Assembly: GCA_964428015.1 (NCBI GenBank)
Contig: CAYRWR010000014.1
Location: 8,306-72,305, forward strand
Source of the DNA: an uncultured Brevinematales bacterium
GTDB lineage: Bacteria > Spirochaetota > Brevinematia > Brevinematales > CAYRWR01
Reading direction: 5' to 3'
DNA: 64,000 bases
Shown: positions 60,198 through 64,000 of the stretch, piece by piece
Layout: every line of letters starts with the position of its first letter
How positions within the stretch are numbered: the first letter of the stretch is position 1
Made by a program: the position numbers and the translations under genes
Notes under the pieces: generated by a model
Told to the model about the DNA's origin: nothing
The model's database searches: none
Seen by the model: only the letters and a program-made list of their open reading frames with translations

Positions 60198-60890
60198 CTA
60201 TTTGGCGGGCAGAGCGGTGAGCTCCAGGACCCTCTTAGGGGAGCCGGGGCCGAAGCCGATGCCTTCAAAACGCACCAGGTAGTGGGGTGCAGCCAGAGCG
60301 TACCAGAAGGAAGTCTTGGGGAAAAGCGCTCCCATCACCCCGGTCATAGACATCTCCAGGTGAAAACAGGGGACTTTGGTACCTTCCACAGTCAGGACCG
60401 CGTCCGGCAGACGGTTGATATTGATGCTCATATTCATGCTGTTCTGCCCAGCCACGCGGACTTTGAGACTTTTGACCTGGCCCAGGGGGTAACCGCGCAG
60501 AAGGAAGTCCAGGGACAGAAAATCCAGCAGGGCGATCTCATCATCGGCTGTCTTTATGGTATTACGCAGAATGGCTGTCTGGCGCTCGATAGTTGTCTCG
60601 GGCTTATTGTCCCGGATCAGAGAAAACAACTGATCCATACCCGGCCGCCCTACCCGGTACAGGATCTCCTGGTCCGGGCTGCTGGAGGTAACTTCATAGA
60701 CCTCGCGTCCTTTCCAGGTTTTGTGTTCGGTGGATATAGTCAGAGTGGAGACGTCCTTGCCCACGGTCTGTTTAAAGACCAGCTTTTCTCCCGTGGGTAC
60801 CCCCGGATCATCCAGAGGCTGAGCCTGCCCCTTCAGTCTGAAAGCGCCCACTAAAACCAGGGAAATTAGAAAAATAGTTGTAGGTTTCAT
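60198..60890 (-). CDS. Exported hypothetical protein
   Basis: Signal peptide MKPTTIFLISLVLVGAF. 230 aa. The antisense ORF 60174-60854 is judged spurious. Confidence 0.55.
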   Translation of the reverse strand: MKPTTIFLISLVLVGAFRLKGQAQPLDDPGVPTGEKLVFKQTVGKDVSTLTISTEHKTWKGREVYEVTSSSPDQEILYRVGRPGMDQLFSLIRDNKPETTIERQTAILRNTIKTADDEIALLDFLSLDFLLRGYPLGQVKSLKVRVAGQNSMNMSININRLPDAVLTVEGTKVPCFHLEMSMTGVMGALFPKTSFWYALAAPHYLVRFEGIGFGPGSPKRVLELTALPAK

Positions 60891-61059
60891 ATCTTGATCC
60901 TCGTTATAACCAGATTTTTATACAGCATTAGAGCATAAACACTATACGGTATTATTTCAAGTATCTATAAACCTGCCCTGCCGTGCAATATATTGAAAAC
61001 ATGTACAAACACCGATTGTGTGTTATCATGAGTGCGGTACTATATTCCAGGAGGAAGAC

Positions 61060-61308
61060 ATGGACGAAAAACAGAAAAGCCAATTTGAAGTCAAGGGCGA
61101 GGAACTGCTGGCTAAAATCAAAGAGATTATCAAAGAAGGAAATGTCCGCAAAATCATCATCAAGGACAACAAGGGCAATACCTACCTGGAAATCCCGGTA
61201 ACCATCGGGGTGGTAGGTCTGATACTGGCCCCGGTCCTGGCCGCTATCGGCGCCCTGGCCGCTCTGGCCGCAAACTTTACCATCGAAGTGGAACGCAAGG
61301 AAGACTGA
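61060..61308 (+). CDS. DUF4342-like small protein (soluble head plus C-terminal hydrophobic hairpin)
   Basis: MDEKQKSQFEVKGEELLAKIKEIIKEGNVRKIIIKD...GVVGLILAPVLAAIGALAALA. The ATG at 61060 follows AGGAGG. Confidence 0.6.
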   Translation: MDEKQKSQFEVKGEELLAKIKEIIKEGNVRKIIIKDNKGNTYLEIPVTIGVVGLILAPVLAAIGALAALAANFTIEVERKED

Positions 61309-61324
61309 GGGCTACACCTCTACC

Positions 61325-61753
61325 CTATTCCGCGGTATTGACCATCCAGGCGGAAAACTCCTCCAGCCAGCGTACAAAGCCGGGCAGGTGTTCTGCCGGG
61401 AAAGCGTAACGCCGGGGAGCCTCCTGTAACACAGCACGGAAGCACTCCAGCCACACATCCCGGCTGGTCTGGTCGATGCGGAAAGGCTGATGCCGGGCCC
61501 GCATACGGGGCGGCCCATACAGATCAGAGTACAGGGATGGCCCGCCCAGGACCTGGATAAAAAAAGCCGCGCTTCTGCGGGAGGCGGCCGGCATATCCTG
61601 CGAAAACAGATGCCGGATAGAGGATTTTTCCAGCTCGTGGTAGAAATCCTCTATCATGAGGAAGATATTGTCCTCCCCCATGATACTGTATATCTCGGGG
61701 TTAGGCAGCTCTCCCTGGGGAGGGCCGCCGGGCGGGGTATAGGGGTTCATCAT
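61325..61753 (-). CDS. Truncated-hemoglobin (group 2-like) globin-family protein
   Basis: FYHELEKS...FFIQVLGGPSLYSDLYGPPRMRARHQPFRIDQTSRDVWLECF matches the trHb pattern (GGP..Y...G.P.mr.rH..f.I....d.Wl). Confidence 0.7.
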   Translation of the reverse strand: MMNPYTPPGGPPQGELPNPEIYSIMGEDNIFLMIEDFYHELEKSSIRHLFSQDMPAASRRSAAFFIQVLGGPSLYSDLYGPPRMRARHQPFRIDQTSRDVWLECFRAVLQEAPRRYAFPAEHLPGFVRWLEEFSAWMVNTAE

Positions 61754-62320
61754 TCTGCTCCTGACTGTTATGGATATAACTTAATCATAGCGCCAGGAAT
61801 TGTCCATTTTTTTGTAACGGGAGATTCATCCCACTACCCAAAACCAGGGGACAGCCCGCCGCAGGCGTTAAGATGACGGCACCGGGGACATGCCGAAAAG
61901 CCAGCCATCCTGAAGTCGGCAGAATCAGATACGGTTCATCTAAAGTATAGCGTCCAAACCGTAAGCCAGGCTGAGTGGTACTGTGTAGACATCTGCCGAT
62001 CGGTCCACGCCCGGGCCCCTACCGCCGCACCGGGGGCACCACCCTGACAAAACCTGCCGCAGCGGAAGCCGCCTCCATGTCAATCAAGAGCGGTGAAAAT
62101 GGGGAGTCTCCCCACCGGCTCATTCGGTCCAGTCTGATACCCGGCTATCCTGAGGAGATACCCTTCCTTTTCCCCCAAAACCCGGAACAGTCCTGTCCGT
62201 ACTTTGACGAAAGCGGCAGGATAAGCTAAAATGTTTGACTGGAAGATTCGGACAGGCTAACCACCGACTATTCCTGAATTTATCATAAATACCTGCAGTG
62301 TATTTACCAAGGAGAATCCC

Positions 62321-63268
62321 ATGTACAGAGAACAGATCAAGGTACTCGACTGTACCATCCGTGACGGCGGCCTCATCAACAATCATGACTTTGACCTCCG
62401 TTTCGTACGCGAAGTCTATAAAGCGGTTTCCACCTCCGGGGTGGACTATATCGAACTGGGCTATAAGAATTCCAAGAACCTGTTTTCTGAGAAAGAGTAC
62501 GGCCCCTGGAAATTCTGTGAAGACGATGTGATCAAAAAAGTAATTGAAGGACAGGAATCCGATATCAAGATCTCCACCATGGTGGACATTGGCCGCGTGG
62601 ACATGGACGATGTCAAGCTGTGCGCCGACAGCCCGGTGGATATGATGCGGGTAGCCTGCTACGTCAAGGATATCGACAAAGCCATCGCCATGGTCAATGA
62701 ATTCGACGCCAAGGGCTATGAGACTACCATCAATATCATGGCCATCTCCAAGGACCACGGCCCCGAGCTGGATGAAGCCCTGCAGCAGGCAGAAGAAGAA
62801 TCCAAAGCCAAGGTCATCTACCTGGTGGACTCTTTCGGCTCCCTGTACCAGGAAAATATCGAAGACCTGGTCAAACGGGCTAAAAAAGTCCTCAAGACCA
62901 AAGAAGTGGGCTTTCACGGCCATAACAACCAGCAGCTGGCCTTCAGCAATACCATTGAAGCCATCATCCACGGCGCTAACTTTTTGGACGGTACCGTGTA
63001 CGGCATCGGTCGTGCCGCCGGCAACTGTACCCTGGAGCTCCTGCTGGGCTTCCTCAAGAATCCTAAATTTGACCTGCGTCCGGTACTGGACCTGATCTCC
63101 AAGGAATTCCTGCCCCTGCGGGAAAAGATCGAATGGGGCTACATCATCCCCCACGCTATCGCCGGAATGATGAATGAACACCCCCGCGACGCCATTGCCT
63201 TCAGAGAAGGCCCGGACAAAGACAACTACCGTGCTTTTTACGAAAAGCTGACCTCCAGCGCGGTTTAA
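62321..63268 (+). CDS. HMGL-like/DRE-TIM metallolyase-family aldolase
   Basis: VLDCTIRDGG N-terminal motif, and ...GFHGHNNQQLAFSNT metal-ligand His pair. AAGGAG lies upstream. Confidence 0.7.
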   Translation: MYREQIKVLDCTIRDGGLINNHDFDLRFVREVYKAVSTSGVDYIELGYKNSKNLFSEKEYGPWKFCEDDVIKKVIEGQESDIKISTMVDIGRVDMDDVKLCADSPVDMMRVACYVKDIDKAIAMVNEFDAKGYETTINIMAISKDHGPELDEALQQAEEESKAKVIYLVDSFGSLYQENIEDLVKRAKKVLKTKEVGFHGHNNQQLAFSNTIEAIIHGANFLDGTVYGIGRAAGNCTLELLLGFLKNPKFDLRPVLDLISKEFLPLREKIEWGYIIPHAIAGMMNEHPRDAIAFREGPDKDNYRAFYEKLTSSAV

Positions 63269-63274
63269 ATCAGT

Positions 63275-63907
63275 ATGGACAGGGAAGCATTCCGCACCCT
63301 GCCTGTCATGGGGATAGTCAGAGCACCGGGCAGTATCAATACCGCGGCTCTGGCTGAAGCAGTCCTGGGGGCGGGTCTCTCCACCATAGAGATCACCATG
63401 AACACCCCCGACGCCCCTACCCTCATCAAAAAACTCAAACAGGATGCCGGCCCCGCCCTCGCGGTGGGTGCCGGGACCGTCCTGGATCTCCCGCAGATGC
63501 ATCAGGCTCTGGACGCCGGAGCCGGCTTTATCGTCATGCCCATCATCGTAGACGCGGTGATGGAATATTGTGTCAGCCATGATATCCCGGTCTTTCCCGG
63601 CGCTTTTGCCCCCCAGGATATCTATCGGGCCCATCACATGGGAGCGACCATGGTCAAGCTCTTCCCCGCCAAATCACTGGGACCGGTCTATATATCCGAG
63701 CTCAAAGGGCCCTTTCCCGATATCCCGCTCATCGCCGTGGGGGGAGTCACCCCCGCCAATATCGGCGAGTTTTTCCAGGCGGGTGCCGCCGCGGTAGCCG
63801 TAGGAGGCAGTGTCTTCCGCCGGGAGTGGCTGGAACGGGGCGACTATGCCAGCATCGGGACGGCGCTGGGGGCACTGATAGGAGCCTACCGGGAGATGCT
63901 CCACTGA
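63275..63907 (+). CDS. eda: KDPG/KHG aldolase (Eda family)
   Basis: IEITMNTPDA, GAGTVLD, FIVMP, PGAFAPQDI and VKLFPA motifs in canonical order. 210 aa. Confidence 0.8.
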   Translation: MDREAFRTLPVMGIVRAPGSINTAALAEAVLGAGLSTIEITMNTPDAPTLIKKLKQDAGPALAVGAGTVLDLPQMHQALDAGAGFIVMPIIVDAVMEYCVSHDIPVFPGAFAPQDIYRAHHMGATMVKLFPAKSLGPVYISELKGPFPDIPLIAVGGVTPANIGEFFQAGAAAVAVGGSVFRREWLERGDYASIGTALGALIGAYREMLH

Positions 63908-63975
63908 AGAGACAGGGTGGGTGGAGTCTGGACTGAGACGACTATGTCTGTTTCAGCAGACGGAGCGGGAATAAA

Positions 63976-64000
63976 TCTCTCACGGAGGCACAGGGGGCAC
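63976..64000. repeat. Third copy (truncated by the window edge) of the CTCTCACGGAGGCAC... octamer repeat
   Basis: TCTCTCACGGAGGCACAGGGGGCAC, 70 nt downstream of the eda stop. Same core as 16081-16107 and the reverse complement of 17424-17450. Confidence 0.6.

Noticed and set aside
62030-62050. A T-box-like string on the minus strand (AGGGTGGTGCCCCCGG versus the consensus AGGGUGGNACCGCG).
   Set aside because: It is only a partial match, with no adjacent terminator/antiterminator pair or specifier-loop features. The minus-strand downstream gene is a globin about 290 nt away, not an aminoacyl-tRNA-related gene.
62120-63637. A 505-aa minus-strand ORF, the longest in this part of the window.
   Set aside because: It is antisense to two plus-strand genes with clear family motifs (HMGL-like aldolase and Eda). 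Its translation is G/D/H/V-rich low-information sequence, typical of an antisense frame in GC-rich DNA.

Overview
This is a 64-kb bacterial chromosomal window with about 61 credible protein genes on both strands. I recognised no rRNA, tRNA, CRISPR array, transposase or integrase. All family calls come from reading motifs in the supplied translations, with no database search.

Housekeeping genes:
- pntAA-pntAB-pntB, with pntB cut by the left edge
- a 6-phosphofructokinase, dinB, murG, ligA and alaA
- an mcsA-mcsB-clpC operon, glnD, ppiC and ychF
- a GH57 glycoside hydrolase, and an HMGL-like aldolase plus eda at the right end

Signalling genes:
- a REC/HD-GYP regulator
- two membrane sensor SpoIIE/PP2C phosphatases
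- two tandem soluble GAF-histidine-kinase paralogs

The window also has several large TPR proteins and many small lipoproteins with relaxed lipoboxes. The overall gene content suggests a free-living spirochete-like organism, but that is inference only.

Most notable locus (16076-17455): an AT-rich insert lies between the convergent 3' ends of ligA and alaA. It has the architecture of an integron cassette array without an integrase. It holds two orphan ORFs, each followed by a 54-bp attC-like site. The first heptamer of each site is the exact reverse complement of the heptamer at that cassette's own 5' boundary. The insert is bracketed by 32-bp inverted repeats made of CACGGAGN octamers, and a third copy of that repeat sits at the right window edge.

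Other items worth a second look:
- a roughly 270-nt GC-rich, hairpin-rich non-coding block upstream of the GH57 gene
- a decayed duplicate of the 3' end of a CrtI-like oxidoreductase gene, which with its parent flanks a SpoIIE sensor gene
- 21-residue IxAHE-type repeats and non-canonical H-boxes in the two kinase paralogs
- an McsB with a substituted CPTN motif
- a 560-nt GC-rich untranslated gap upstream of the aldolase operon

Positions 39-61 kb look like an accessory patchwork: three GNATs, a nucleotidyltransferase, HAD, ASCH, a retropepsin-like protease, a BNR propeller, a beta-helix lipoprotein and OmpA.
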